DNA of 64,000 nucleotides from a bacterium (GTDB lineage Bacteria; JAHJDO01), in contig JBDRTG010000047.1 in assembly GCA_043824255.1 (NCBI GenBank), positions 64,001-128,000 on the forward strand, in the 5' to 3' direction. Under the pieces are notes generated by a model, which searched no databases, was not told the DNA's origin, and saw only the letters and a program-made list of their open reading frames with translations. Within the stretch, counting starts at the first letter, position 1. Each line of letters begins with the position of its first letter. This document shows, piece by piece, positions 50,630 through 59,946 of this stretch. A program made the translations under genes and the position numbers.

Positions 50630-52813
50630 CTAAGGTCTTCTGCGATAGTCCTCTCTGCGACGGGGCTGGTCACGTCTATCAGAAGGCCCCATACACATCT
50701 CTTTAGCCAGATGGGCGGCAAATTCCTGTGCTCCTAAACCCATCATTTTGCCAATTCTTTTCATATCGTTATAACGATTTTTCAGAAGATAATTCTCTAA
50801 TAGTTTGCGATCGCCTTTCATAGCTAACCCCATTAGCTTCATATCCGCTTCCATCAATTTTTCTATTTCGCCTTTAATTTTTCTTCCTGCCTTAAACATT
50901 GGTCCTTCTTCAATTACATCAGGACGCCTTCCGTCTCTACTTGGAGGAGGCCCAAACTCATCCATCATTATTCTAGCGCATATACCAGTAAACTCCCTTG
51001 CTTCTAAACCTACTATCTTACCGATTCTATTCATCTCTTCATAATGATTTTGCTGAAGATAATTTTCTAAAAGCATGTAGTCGCCCTTCATAGTCAGTCC
51101 CATTAACTTCATATCCTTCTCCATCAATTTCTCCAGTTCCATCACAATCTTCTTCTCTGGGCCAGAAAGAGGGGTATCTTTAATCATGTCAGGTCGATAT
51201 TCATCCCTACTTGGAGGAGGACCAAACTCATTTATCATTATTCCGGCGCATATACCAGTAAACTCCCTCGCTTCTAAACCTACTATCTTGCCGATTCTAT
51301 TCATCTCTTCATAGTGATTTTGCAGAAGATAATTTTCTAAAAGCAGGTGGTCACCAGTCATAGTCAGGCCCATCAACTTCATATCCTTCTCCATCAATTT
51401 CTCCAGTTCCGTTACAATCTTCTTCTCCGTACCGGTAAGAGGCTCCTCTCTTATTCCCCTTACCCCTTTCCCTGTCTTCTCAAACTCCTCAATCCTCTTG
51501 ATAGCCTCCTTAGCCAGTTTTGCACATTTAGTGTCAGGATACTTAATCACAATCTCCTGATAGCCTGATATGGCTTTTATTATTTCACCCTTGTTCTCCA
51601 TGTCCTGCGCGCGATTAAATAAGGTTTCTATTTTCTCTTCATCGATTTTCTTTTTAACATATGTAATCTTTGCCCGGGCATTATCTGCGGCAAGAGTTAC
51701 CGGATAGTTATCAATAATCTTCTGATAATACATCATGGCCTGGCTGTATTGTTTCTCTTTAGCTGATTTATCCCCTTTAGAGAAGAGCTGCTCAATTTCG
51801 TCCTGTTCTTTGGCCTGATAGCTTGAGGCAGAAGAAGGAGAAATGGAAGGTTTCAATGTCCGTCTTGAAAACCTTTTGCCTAAGATAACACCAACCATAG
51901 CAATTATTATCACCGAAAATACAATGATAAGTAATTTACGTCTTCCTTTTTTCTGAGGCGACACTTCAGAAGAAGTACTAATAGGGCTGGGATGAAAAGC
52001 GCCTGCTCGATATTTGTTTATATCTTCAAGTATTTCAGTTGCTGTTTGATATCTGTGGCTTAGATCCTTTATCAGGCATTTTCTAACAATGAATTCTACT
52101 TCCCACGGGAGGTCAGGATTTACCTCTGGTACAGGCCTAGCCTCTACATTTATATGCTGCTGCATAACTCCGTACGGGGTCTCCGCCTTAAAAGGAACCT
52201 CTCCTGTCAACATCTCATAAAAAACTATACCAAGAGAGTAAATGTCTGAGCGGGAATCTGTTTTCTCTCCTTTAGCCTGCTCCGGAGACATATACTCCGG
52301 CGTACCCATAATGGTTCCTGTAAGTGTGATGCTCTCAGATTCCACAGCTTTAGCTATGCCAAAATCAGTTACTTTTACATGACCATTGTTATCTATCATT
52401 ATATTTCCCGATTTTATATCGCGATGAATTACCCCCTCTTTGTGAGCACATTCCAAAGCCTCAGCAACCTGAAAAGTGATGCTTAAAGCATCCTCACAGG
52501 AAAGTGCTCCCCGCTGTTTTATAATCTCGGTCAAAGTCTGTCCCTTGATAAGTTCCATGGCAAAGTAATACATTCCCTTGTGCTCACCAATGTCGTAGAT
52601 TTGAACAATCCGGGCATGATTTAATTTTGCTACTGCTTTAGCCTCACGCTGGAACCTCTCCACAAGGTCTTTGTCTTTAGATAAATGAAATGGAAGAATT
52701 TTTATAGCTACATGCCTGTTGAGAGACTCTTGATAGGCTTCATAGACGGTACCCATCCCTCCGCTTCCTAATTCTCTGATTATCTTGTATTGTCCGATTT
52801 TTTGCCCGATCAT
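50630..52813 (-). CDS. Membrane Hanks-type Ser/Thr protein kinase with TPR-like segments and three 90-aa C-terminal repeats
   Basis: LGSGGMG, VAIK, HRDIKSGN, DFGIAK, GTPEYMSPEQ; TM helix LLIIVFSVIIIAMVGVILG. Confidence 0.93.
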   Translation of the reverse strand: MIGQKIGQYKIIRELGSGGMGTVYEAYQESLNRHVAIKILPFHLSKDKDLVERFQREAKAVAKLNHARIVQIYDIGEHKGMYYFAMELIKGQTLTEIIKQRGALSCEDALSITFQVAEALECAHKEGVIHRDIKSGNIMIDNNGHVKVTDFGIAKAVESESITLTGTIMGTPEYMSPEQAKGEKTDSRSDIYSLGIVFYEMLTGEVPFKAETPYGVMQQHINVEARPVPEVNPDLPWEVEFIVRKCLIKDLSHRYQTATEILEDINKYRAGAFHPSPISTSSEVSPQKKGRRKLLIIVFSVIIIAMVGVILGKRFSRRTLKPSISPSSASSYQAKEQDEIEQLFSKGDKSAKEKQYSQAMMYYQKIIDNYPVTLAADNARAKITYVKKKIDEEKIETLFNRAQDMENKGEIIKAISGYQEIVIKYPDTKCAKLAKEAIKRIEEFEKTGKGVRGIREEPLTGTEKKIVTELEKLMEKDMKLMGLTMTGDHLLLENYLLQNHYEEMNRIGKIVGLEAREFTGICAGIMINEFGPPPSRDEYRPDMIKDTPLSGPEKKIVMELEKLMEKDMKLMGLTMKGDYMLLENYLQQNHYEEMNRIGKIVGLEAREFTGICARIMMDEFGPPPSRDGRRPDVIEEGPMFKAGRKIKGEIEKLMEADMKLMGLAMKGDRKLLENYLLKNRYNDMKRIGKMMGLGAQEFAAHLAKEMCMGPSDRRDQPRRREDYRRRP
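50680..51427 (-). repeat. Intragenic tandem repeat, 270-bp unit, about 3 copies
   Basis: TTGGAGGAGG-(C/A)CCAAACTCA at 50941 and 51211; protein unit EKLMExDMKLMGLxMxGD...LENYL...RIGK occurs three times. Confidence 0.92.
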
Positions 52814-52916
52814 ACTCCCAATCTCTCCGTCAAAAAGAATTCTTTACTTTTCAAGCTGTCTCACGTTTCAATTCCTAAGATATAATAGATTGTCTCTCAC
52901 TAAAAATCAAGTAAGG

Positions 52917-53007
52917 CGGAGAGGGAGGGATTCGAACCCCCGGTCCCGAAAAATCAGGACAACAGATTTCGAGTCTGCCGCTTTCAACCGGACTCAGCCA
53001 CCTCTCC
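52917..53007 (-). tRNA. tRNA-Ser(CGA)
   Basis: GGAGAGG acceptor stem, GCAGA-CT-CGA-AA-TCTGT anticodon arm, long variable arm, GGTTCGAATCC T-loop, discriminator G; CCA not fully encoded. Confidence 0.95.
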
Positions 53008-53107
53008 TCTTAAATTATGACACAACTTTGTTGAAAATAGCTATTAAAAAAATTTCTCGCATGGGATTTCTTGACTTAACTCACTATCTCATGTTAAGAT
53101 TCGGCAC

Positions 53108-53569
53108 ATGCAAAAGACTATTCTTTTCGTTTGTACTGGGAACAGCTGTCGTAGTATTATGGCTGAGGGATTACTTAAAAAGATGCTTTCTGAAAAAGGC
53201 GTTGAAGAATACAGTAAGTATAAAATTATCTCTGCTGGAACTCATACAGTTGAAGGATTCCCTCCTGTTCACATGACACAGAAGGTTATGAATGAGCAAG
53301 ACATAGATGTCTCTTCATACAAGTCAAATAAATTAACAAAGGAAACAGTAAATAAAGCTGATCTTGTTCTGGTAATGACTCAGAAACATAAAGATGAAAT
53401 ACTTCGTATTTATCAGGAAAAGACAAAGAAAATATTTCTGCTTAAAGAATTTGCGGGAATTGAGGATAAAAATCCGGATATAGCAGATCCTATCGGATTG
53501 TCCTATGACGCGTATAAATACTGTATGGAAGAAATAGAAAAATGTTTAATAAAGATAAGGTTGCAATAG
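53108..53569 (+). CDS. Low-molecular-weight protein Tyr/Arg phosphatase (YwlE-like)
   Basis: CTGNSCRS P-loop, SAGT, IADP; synteny with rpiB-glyA. Confidence 0.9.
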   Translation: MQKTILFVCTGNSCRSIMAEGLLKKMLSEKGVEEYSKYKIISAGTHTVEGFPPVHMTQKVMNEQDIDVSSYKSNKLTKETVNKADLVLVMTQKHKDEILRIYQEKTKKIFLLKEFAGIEDKNPDIADPIGLSYDAYKYCMEEIEKCLIKIRLQ

Positions 53570-54024
53570 CTGCCGACCACGGTGGATGGCACTTAAAAGA
53601 AATTCTTAAGCCCTTTTTGGAAGGCTTGGGTTATAAGTATAGTGATTTTGGCACATCATCTGAAAAAGCCGTTGATTATCCGGATTTTGCGTTAGTACTG
53701 GCTGAAGCGATGAGAGCGGGTAAATATAAAAAAGGAATATTGATATGTGGAACTGGTCTGGGCATGTCTATGTCAGCCAATAAGATTCCGGGTATTAGGG
53801 CGGCTTTGTGTAACGATATATTCACTGCAAAGATGAGTAGAGAACATAATGATGCAAATATTCTGGCAATTGGCGGACGAGTAGTTGAAGAAGAATTGGC
53901 AAAGGAAATAGTTAAAGTATGGCTCCAGACAAAATTCAGTAACGCGCCTCGTCATAAGCAAAGAATAAAAAAAATCAAAGAAATTGAAAGCAAATACATG
54001 GGGACTTCAAAAAAAGCAATATGA
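53542..54024 (+). CDS. rpiB: Ribose-5-phosphate isomerase B
   Basis: [26 protein letters not shown]. Confidence 0.95.
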   Translation: MFNKDKVAIAADHGGWHLKEILKPFLEGLGYKYSDFGTSSEKAVDYPDFALVLAEAMRAGKYKKGILICGTGLGMSMSANKIPGIRAALCNDIFTAKMSREHNDANILAIGGRVVEEELAKEIVKVWLQTKFSNAPRHKQRIKKIKEIESKYMGTSKKAI

Positions 54025-55268
54025 GTAATTTAAAAACAACTGACCCAGAAGTAGCAAAAGCAATCTATAATGAAACAAAAAGAGAAGCTTCAAACCTTGA
54101 GCTTATTGCATCAGAAAATTTCGTGAGCGATGCTGTGCTTGAGGCCCAGAGCTCAGTAATGACCAATAAATATGCAGAAGGCTATCCTCATAAAAGATAC
54201 TATGGCGGATGCGAATTTGTTGATGTTGTTGAAGACTTGGCCATAAAAAGAGCAAAAGAGATTTTTGGAGCTGACCATGCAAATGTGCAGCCACATTCCG
54301 GCTCACAGGCAAATATGGCGGTTTATTTTTCCATGTTGGATATGGGAGATACAATTCTAGGTATGGACTTAAGCCATGGTGGACATTTAACACACGGCAG
54401 TCCGGTAAACTTTTCGGGGAAATATTTTAATATTATCTCTTACGGAGTGAGTAAGAAAACAGAAACAATAGACTATGAATATGTAGAAAAATTAGCACTT
54501 GAAGAGAAACCTAAATTGATAATTGCAGGCGCTAGCGCTTATCCTCGCATAATAGATTTCGCAGCATTTAGAAAGATTGCAGATAAAGTAAATGCATACC
54601 TTATGGTAGATATGGCTCATTTTGCAGGACTTGTTGCAGCAAAAATTTATCCAAGCCCTATTCCATACGCTGATTTTGTTACTACTACTACACATAAAAC
54701 ATTGAGAGGGCCACGCGGAGGCATGATTCTTTGCAGGGGAAAGTATGCAAAACAAATAGACAAAATGATTTTCCCTGGTATTCAGGGAGGGCCTCTGATG
54801 CATGTCATAGCTGCTAAAGCTGTTGCGTTCAAGGAAGCTATGGCAAAAGGATTTAATGATTATCAGAAACAAATCGTAAGAAATGCCAAGGCACTTGCCT
54901 TAGAACTGAATAAAAGAGACTTTCGACTTGTTTCCGGCGGAACAGATACCCATCTTATACTACTGGATTTAACTAATAAATGTATCTCAGGCAAGGACGC
55001 AGAGAAGGCATTAGATGTTGCCGGAATAACAGTAAATAAAAATGCTATTCCATTTGATAAACAAAGCCCATTTATTACTAGTGGAATAAGAATAGGAACT
55101 CCTGCAGTAACTACAAGAGGTATGAAAGAGCCTGAAATGAAGTTAATTGCAGAAATGATAACAAAGGTGCTTACGAACATTAATGATACGGATAATCTTA
55201 AACAGACCTTATCAATGGTGACTAGTCTCTGCAAACAATTCCCTTTGTATGTCAACAAACTCCGGTAA
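54021..55268 (+). CDS. glyA: Serine hydroxymethyltransferase
   Basis: [36 protein letters not shown]. Confidence 0.98.
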   Translation: MSNLKTTDPEVAKAIYNETKREASNLELIASENFVSDAVLEAQSSVMTNKYAEGYPHKRYYGGCEFVDVVEDLAIKRAKEIFGADHANVQPHSGSQANMAVYFSMLDMGDTILGMDLSHGGHLTHGSPVNFSGKYFNIISYGVSKKTETIDYEYVEKLALEEKPKLIIAGASAYPRIIDFAAFRKIADKVNAYLMVDMAHFAGLVAAKIYPSPIPYADFVTTTTHKTLRGPRGGMILCRGKYAKQIDKMIFPGIQGGPLMHVIAAKAVAFKEAMAKGFNDYQKQIVRNAKALALELNKRDFRLVSGGTDTHLILLDLTNKCISGKDAEKALDVAGITVNKNAIPFDKQSPFITSGIRIGTPAVTTRGMKEPEMKLIAEMITKVLTNINDTDNLKQTLSMVTSLCKQFPLYVNKLR

Positions 55269-56757
55269 ATTAAAATTCCTGACACTTACCTCAGCAATTA
55301 GTGTCATATTCCTGGTTCTTGTAATTTTAAATATTTTTCCATTAGGTATTAAAAGCGAATGGACTTGGGAATATTCTTCTACAAAAAATTTTGATGGGAT
55401 CTGGTTTCCAGTACTTGTTTCCTGCATTTTGCTTCTGCTGTGTTATAATTTAATAGCTTATAAGAAATTGACAGGTTCCAAACCCCCAATAGAATTTATC
55501 CATATAGTCCTTATATGCTTTCTTAGCTATCTTTTTAACATTGCTATTTGCTACTTAAATACAGCAGGCTTCTATAATCTAATTCTGACTATTATAAGTC
55601 CCTGGGCAACCGGCTATTTCAATGTTGCTGTTGAGATTAGAGATATTAGTTATTGGTTAAGCAATTTTCATGCTTTTGTTGAATATGCTCCCTTACATGC
55701 CAGAGTACATCCTCCAGGAAATATATTATTTTTCTGGTGGATAATTCACATATTTAATAGTTTACCCACCCTAACAGATTCTTTACTAAATATGGTAAAG
55801 AGCACTACATTCAACCCTCTGCCTGTATTTTCTGTTATTGGAGATGCTTTTGGACATTTCTTCAGTGATGCTGAAAAAGCCGCATCAGTATTTCTGTCGT
55901 TATCTTTGCCATTTCTTAAATGTGCTGTGATTATTCCCATGTATTATTTGGGGAAACTTATATATGGCAAAAAAACAGCTTTAGTTGCAGTATGTTTTTA
56001 TGCAGTTATTCCTGCACTTAATTTATTTACGCCTGGAATGGACCAGACATATACTCTGGTTTCTGTCTTATCTTTTTATTTATTTTGCCTCTCTATTAAA
56101 AAAAATAATATTTGGTTTACTCTTCTTTCTGGACTGGTTTTATCAATAGGCATTATGCTGAGTTTCTGTTTTCTGGTTATCTTGGGTCTGATAATTTGTT
56201 ATGGCCTAATATGGTTTTGGATAAATAAAACACATTTAAATTACATATTAAAGAGTTTTTTAGTATTGTTTGTAGCTTTTACAGCTCTCCCTTTATTATT
56301 TTATCTTTTATATGACTTTAATATTATAAAATTTTTCGTGAGTATTAATGTGTTTTCAGAAAATGCGCGATTAGATATCATCCGCGGTGAGGTCGCACGC
56401 CGAACATACTGGAAATGGCTATTATATAATCCTGTAGATTTTTTCTTGTTTGTTGGCATCCCGATTTCAGTGCTTTCTTTCAGAAGTATTTATAGTATTA
56501 TAAAGTCAGGAAAAATAGAAGCATCCAATATCTTATCTGTGGCTTTTTTTAGCATACTATTTTTACTTCTGTTCTCTGGAATAAATCGCTCTGAGGTAGC
56601 AAGATTATGGATGTTCCTCATGCCCTTTCCTGCATTAATAGCAGCCTCACAAATAAAGACGAAAACTAGTTCTGCTTTCTTAATACTACTTTCCCTGCAG
56701 ATCCTTCAAACAATAGTTTTCAAGTTATTCATAAATGTATATGGGATAATTAGCTGA
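55249..56757 (+). CDS. Polytopic membrane protein, probable GT-C (ArnT/PMT-like) glycosyltransferase
   Basis: More than 10 TM helices, HPPG loop motif, [16 protein letters not shown]. Confidence 0.6.
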   Translation: MSTNSGKLKFLTLTSAISVIFLVLVILNIFPLGIKSEWTWEYSSTKNFDGIWFPVLVSCILLLLCYNLIAYKKLTGSKPPIEFIHIVLICFLSYLFNIAICYLNTAGFYNLILTIISPWATGYFNVAVEIRDISYWLSNFHAFVEYAPLHARVHPPGNILFFWWIIHIFNSLPTLTDSLLNMVKSTTFNPLPVFSVIGDAFGHFFSDAEKAASVFLSLSLPFLKCAVIIPMYYLGKLIYGKKTALVAVCFYAVIPALNLFTPGMDQTYTLVSVLSFYLFCLSIKKNNIWFTLLSGLVLSIGIMLSFCFLVILGLIICYGLIWFWINKTHLNYILKSFLVLFVAFTALPLLFYLLYDFNIIKFFVSINVFSENARLDIIRGEVARRTYWKWLLYNPVDFFLFVGIPISVLSFRSIYSIIKSGKIEASNILSVAFFSILFLLLFSGINRSEVARLWMFLMPFPALIAASQIKTKTSSAFLILLSLQILQTIVFKLFINVYGIIS

Positions 56758-56822
56758 TCAGACTGCTGAAATATCGTTAAATATTTGATTCTTTTGTCTA
56801 ATATGCTTATATTGTAAGCATT

Positions 56823-57743
56823 ATGAGAATAATGATGAAATCTAATGCTGCCAAAAAGCAAGTAATGGATTTTGTAGATAAACAATTTTCTTTCACAACA
56901 TCAATAACCAGAGATAAATCATCTAACAGGTCAGGAGAGTCACATTATCATATTCTTGAGATTGAGTTACAATATATCAGGTCAGGAAGTGGAGCATATT
57001 TTATAAAAGACAGGAAATATCATCTTAAGGATAATTCTATTCTTATAATCCATAAGGGAGAAATCCATAATTATATTAAGGGTAATTCATTAGTCTCTAT
57101 GGATAAGGTATATCTGGCCTTTAATCCATCTATATTTAGGAATACACAATACACATATAAAAAACTAATCTCTCGTATTGCTGAATGCAAAAAAAATTTC
57201 TCTCATCAAGTATCATTCCCTCCTGAAGAAAGTCAAAGAGCAGATTTGATCATTTCCAATATAAACTCTGAATGGGAAAACAAAAAGCTGCATTACAGAG
57301 AAGCAATAGTAAACCTGCTTCTGGAGCTTTTTATAATTATACATAGATCCTTTTCTCTTAGTGCTTCTGGAACCAGCACACATAAAAAAATCGAATCAAC
57401 TGTACAAGACAGGCTTATAAGCAAAGTGATTTCTTATATAGATAAAAATTATCGAAACCCTCTGGACCTGGCAACTCTGAGTGGGGTTGTATTCCGTTCT
57501 CCATATCATCTCAGCCATATTTTTAAGGATGTTACAGGATTTAATTTTAAAGAATATCTAATAAATAAACGTATTATGAAAGCCAAGAATCTTCTTGAGT
57601 CAGAATCAGATATAAAAGTAATATCTATAGCTGAGGATGTTGGATTCTCAAATCTCAGCACCTTTAACAGAGATTTCAAACGCCTTACAGGGATCAGCCC
57701 GTCAGAATACCGCAAGTTTTGCACACATTTCCGCAAGAAATGA
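56823..57743 (+). CDS. AraC family transcriptional regulator
   Basis: Cupin motif HYH-x2-EI, SPYHLSHIFK, VGFSNLSTFNRDFKRLTGISPSEYR. Confidence 0.93.
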   Translation: MRIMMKSNAAKKQVMDFVDKQFSFTTSITRDKSSNRSGESHYHILEIELQYIRSGSGAYFIKDRKYHLKDNSILIIHKGEIHNYIKGNSLVSMDKVYLAFNPSIFRNTQYTYKKLISRIAECKKNFSHQVSFPPEESQRADLIISNINSEWENKKLHYREAIVNLLLELFIIIHRSFSLSASGTSTHKKIESTVQDRLISKVISYIDKNYRNPLDLATLSGVVFRSPYHLSHIFKDVTGFNFKEYLINKRIMKAKNLLESESDIKVISIAEDVGFSNLSTFNRDFKRLTGISPSEYRKFCTHFRKK

Positions 57744-57820
57744 GTAGAAAAGATTCTTTTTTTGCGTAAACTGAATAAAAGAACAAATCTAAAACGAGTT
57801 TATAATTGGAAGGAGTTGAA

Positions 57821-58714
57821 ATGCTAATTGATATACATACGCATATAACCTACCACAGATTTCCTGAATTCGTTCAGAAACTTAACAGGAAAGAATTTAC
57901 TGCTGAAATCTTGCTTAAAAAAATGGATATGGAAGGTATTGACAAATCAATAATCCTGCCAATAACTAATCCTGAAAACGCAGACGACATTGGGGTTTCA
58001 GGAAACATGGAAGCTATTGAAGCAGCCAGGAAATATCCTGACAGGCTAATCGCCTTTTGCAATGTTGATCCCAGAGCAATGAGAAATTCTCCCAAAGCAG
58101 ACATATCAAAGGTTCTTAAGGTTTATAAGGAAATGGGATGCATGGGAGTGGGTGAGGTCTGTTCTAATATTTATTTTGATGATGAGCTAGCCAGGAATTT
58201 TTTCTATCATTGTGGAGAATGTGAAATGCCCATTATCTTTCATATGTCAGAGAAAATAGGCGGTGTTTATGGATTAGTTGATGATATGCATATGCCAAGA
58301 TTAGAAAAAGTGCTTAAGGAATTCCCCAAAACCATCTTTATAGCCCATGGGCCTGCTTTCTGGTCTGAAATAGGCGAATACATAGATAAAAAAGAACGTG
58401 GCCACTATCCAAAAGGTAAAATAAAAAAACCCGGGAGTGTTCCGAAACTGATGGAGAAATATCCCAATCTTTACGGCGACCTTTCTGCCGGAAGCGGGTA
58501 TAATGCTATCAGTAGAGACTCTGATTTTGGATACAAATTTCTTGAGGAGTTTAATGGAAAACTTCTTTTTGGAACAGATAGATTCACATCCGCTGACGAA
58601 CCGATACCTAACATCATCCCGTTTATCAAAAATGCTTTTAAAGAAAATAAAATTTCTAAAGAAGCCTATGAAAATATAACTCATAAAAATGCTCAAAAAC
58701 TCATTGGAGAATAA
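57821..58714 (+). CDS. Amidohydrolase-2 family metallohydrolase
   Basis: IDIHTH, GVGEV, IFH, IAHG, LFGTD. Start placed at MLID, after AGGAG. Confidence 0.85.
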   Translation: MLIDIHTHITYHRFPEFVQKLNRKEFTAEILLKKMDMEGIDKSIILPITNPENADDIGVSGNMEAIEAARKYPDRLIAFCNVDPRAMRNSPKADISKVLKVYKEMGCMGVGEVCSNIYFDDELARNFFYHCGECEMPIIFHMSEKIGGVYGLVDDMHMPRLEKVLKEFPKTIFIAHGPAFWSEIGEYIDKKERGHYPKGKIKKPGSVPKLMEKYPNLYGDLSAGSGYNAISRDSDFGYKFLEEFNGKLLFGTDRFTSADEPIPNIIPFIKNAFKENKISKEAYENITHKNAQKLIGE

Positions 58715-58715
58715 G

Positions 58716-59933
58716 ATGGATAAATTAGCAATTGACGGCGGAAAACCAGTTCGTACAGATTCCATGCCAAAACGCCGGCTCTTTGGCAAAGAAGAAAAAG
58801 AAGCTGCTATGAGAGTATTCGATGAAGCTATTGAAGCAGGAGAGGCATTTGGCTATAACGGCCCTCATGAGAGGGAATACGAAAAGGCCTTCTGTGATTA
58901 TATGGGAGTCGGTTTTGCTGACGGTGTTAATTCAGGCACATCAGCTGTATTCGTCGCGCTTGGAGCGCTACAGCTTGATAGAGGAAGTGAGGTGATTGTT
59001 CCCCCGATCACAGACCCAGGAGGAGTAATGCCTGTTGTTATGCTAAACTGTATCCCTGTTATTGCAGACTCGGATCCGCGTTCATATAATGTAGGACCAG
59101 AACAAATTTCCGCTGTCCTAACAGAACATACCCGGGCCATTATTGTGGCACATATTGGCGGAGACTCTGTTGATATGGATCCTATTATGGAGATTGCACG
59201 CTCAAGAAATATTCCAGTAATAGAGGATTGTGCTCAGGCACATGGAGCAAAATACAAAGGAAAACTTGTTGGTACAATTGGTGATATTGCAGCGTTTTCA
59301 ACTATGTTTGGCAAACTTCATGCAACAGGAGGGCAGGGTGGAGTTGTCTATACTAAAAATGAAGAGCTTTTCTGGAATGCTAAGCGATTTGCTGACAGAG
59401 GAAAGCCGTTTAATCTACCAGATGCTAAAGGCAATGTTACAGCAGGATTAAATCTTAATCTTAATGAGCTTTCAGCTGCTATTGGCGTAGCACAAATTAA
59501 GAAGCTGAATTCCATAATCTTCAGACGTAGAAAAGTTGCTGAAGCTATAAAAGAAAGATTAAATAAGGAATCAGAGATTGTATCTATAGGATGGCAGGTT
59601 CCTGAAACAGAATCAGTATACTGGTTTATGCGCATACATGTTAAAACAGACATGCTTAAAGTCGATAAAATGGCTTTTGCTGAGGCTGTAAAGGCAGAGG
59701 GAATCCCTGTAGCCAGGTCCTATCGTCATATACCTTCAGAATCTCGGTGGTGGAGAAATACTGGGCCATGGGAATTTTGCGAACGAGAATATAATAAAGA
59801 TTCTCAATGTTCTAATGCAATATTCGCTACAGATAGTCATTTCAATATCTCATTGAATGAAAATTATGGTGAAAAAGAAATAGGCGATATAGTTAATGTA
59901 CTTAAGAAAGTAGAACAAGCTTATAAAAAATAG
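58716..59933 (+). CDS. DegT/DnrJ/EryC1/StrS family PLP aminotransferase
   Basis: LAIDGGKPVR, NSGTSA, IEDCAQAHGA, FS-x4-K-x4-GGQGG. Confidence 0.9.
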   Translation: MDKLAIDGGKPVRTDSMPKRRLFGKEEKEAAMRVFDEAIEAGEAFGYNGPHEREYEKAFCDYMGVGFADGVNSGTSAVFVALGALQLDRGSEVIVPPITDPGGVMPVVMLNCIPVIADSDPRSYNVGPEQISAVLTEHTRAIIVAHIGGDSVDMDPIMEIARSRNIPVIEDCAQAHGAKYKGKLVGTIGDIAAFSTMFGKLHATGGQGGVVYTKNEELFWNAKRFADRGKPFNLPDAKGNVTAGLNLNLNELSAAIGVAQIKKLNSIIFRRRKVAEAIKERLNKESEIVSIGWQVPETESVYWFMRIHVKTDMLKVDKMAFAEAVKAEGIPVARSYRHIPSESRWWRNTGPWEFCEREYNKDSQCSNAIFATDSHFNISLNENYGEKEIGDIVNVLKKVEQAYKK

Positions 59934-59946
59934 GAGACCTCAAAAA

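Noticed and set aside
50680..51427. Diversity-generating retroelement template/variable repeat, or a CRISPR array
   Set aside because: The repeats are in-frame 270-bp tandem coding units with no spacers, and there is no reverse transcriptase or cas gene in the window.
48544..53007. Genomic island integrated at tRNA-Ser
   Set aside because: No integrase, and no duplicated tRNA 3' end found by eye.
52917..53007. Selenocysteine or suppressor tRNA
   Set aside because: CGA anticodon, 7-bp acceptor stem and G discriminator fit an ordinary tRNA-Ser.
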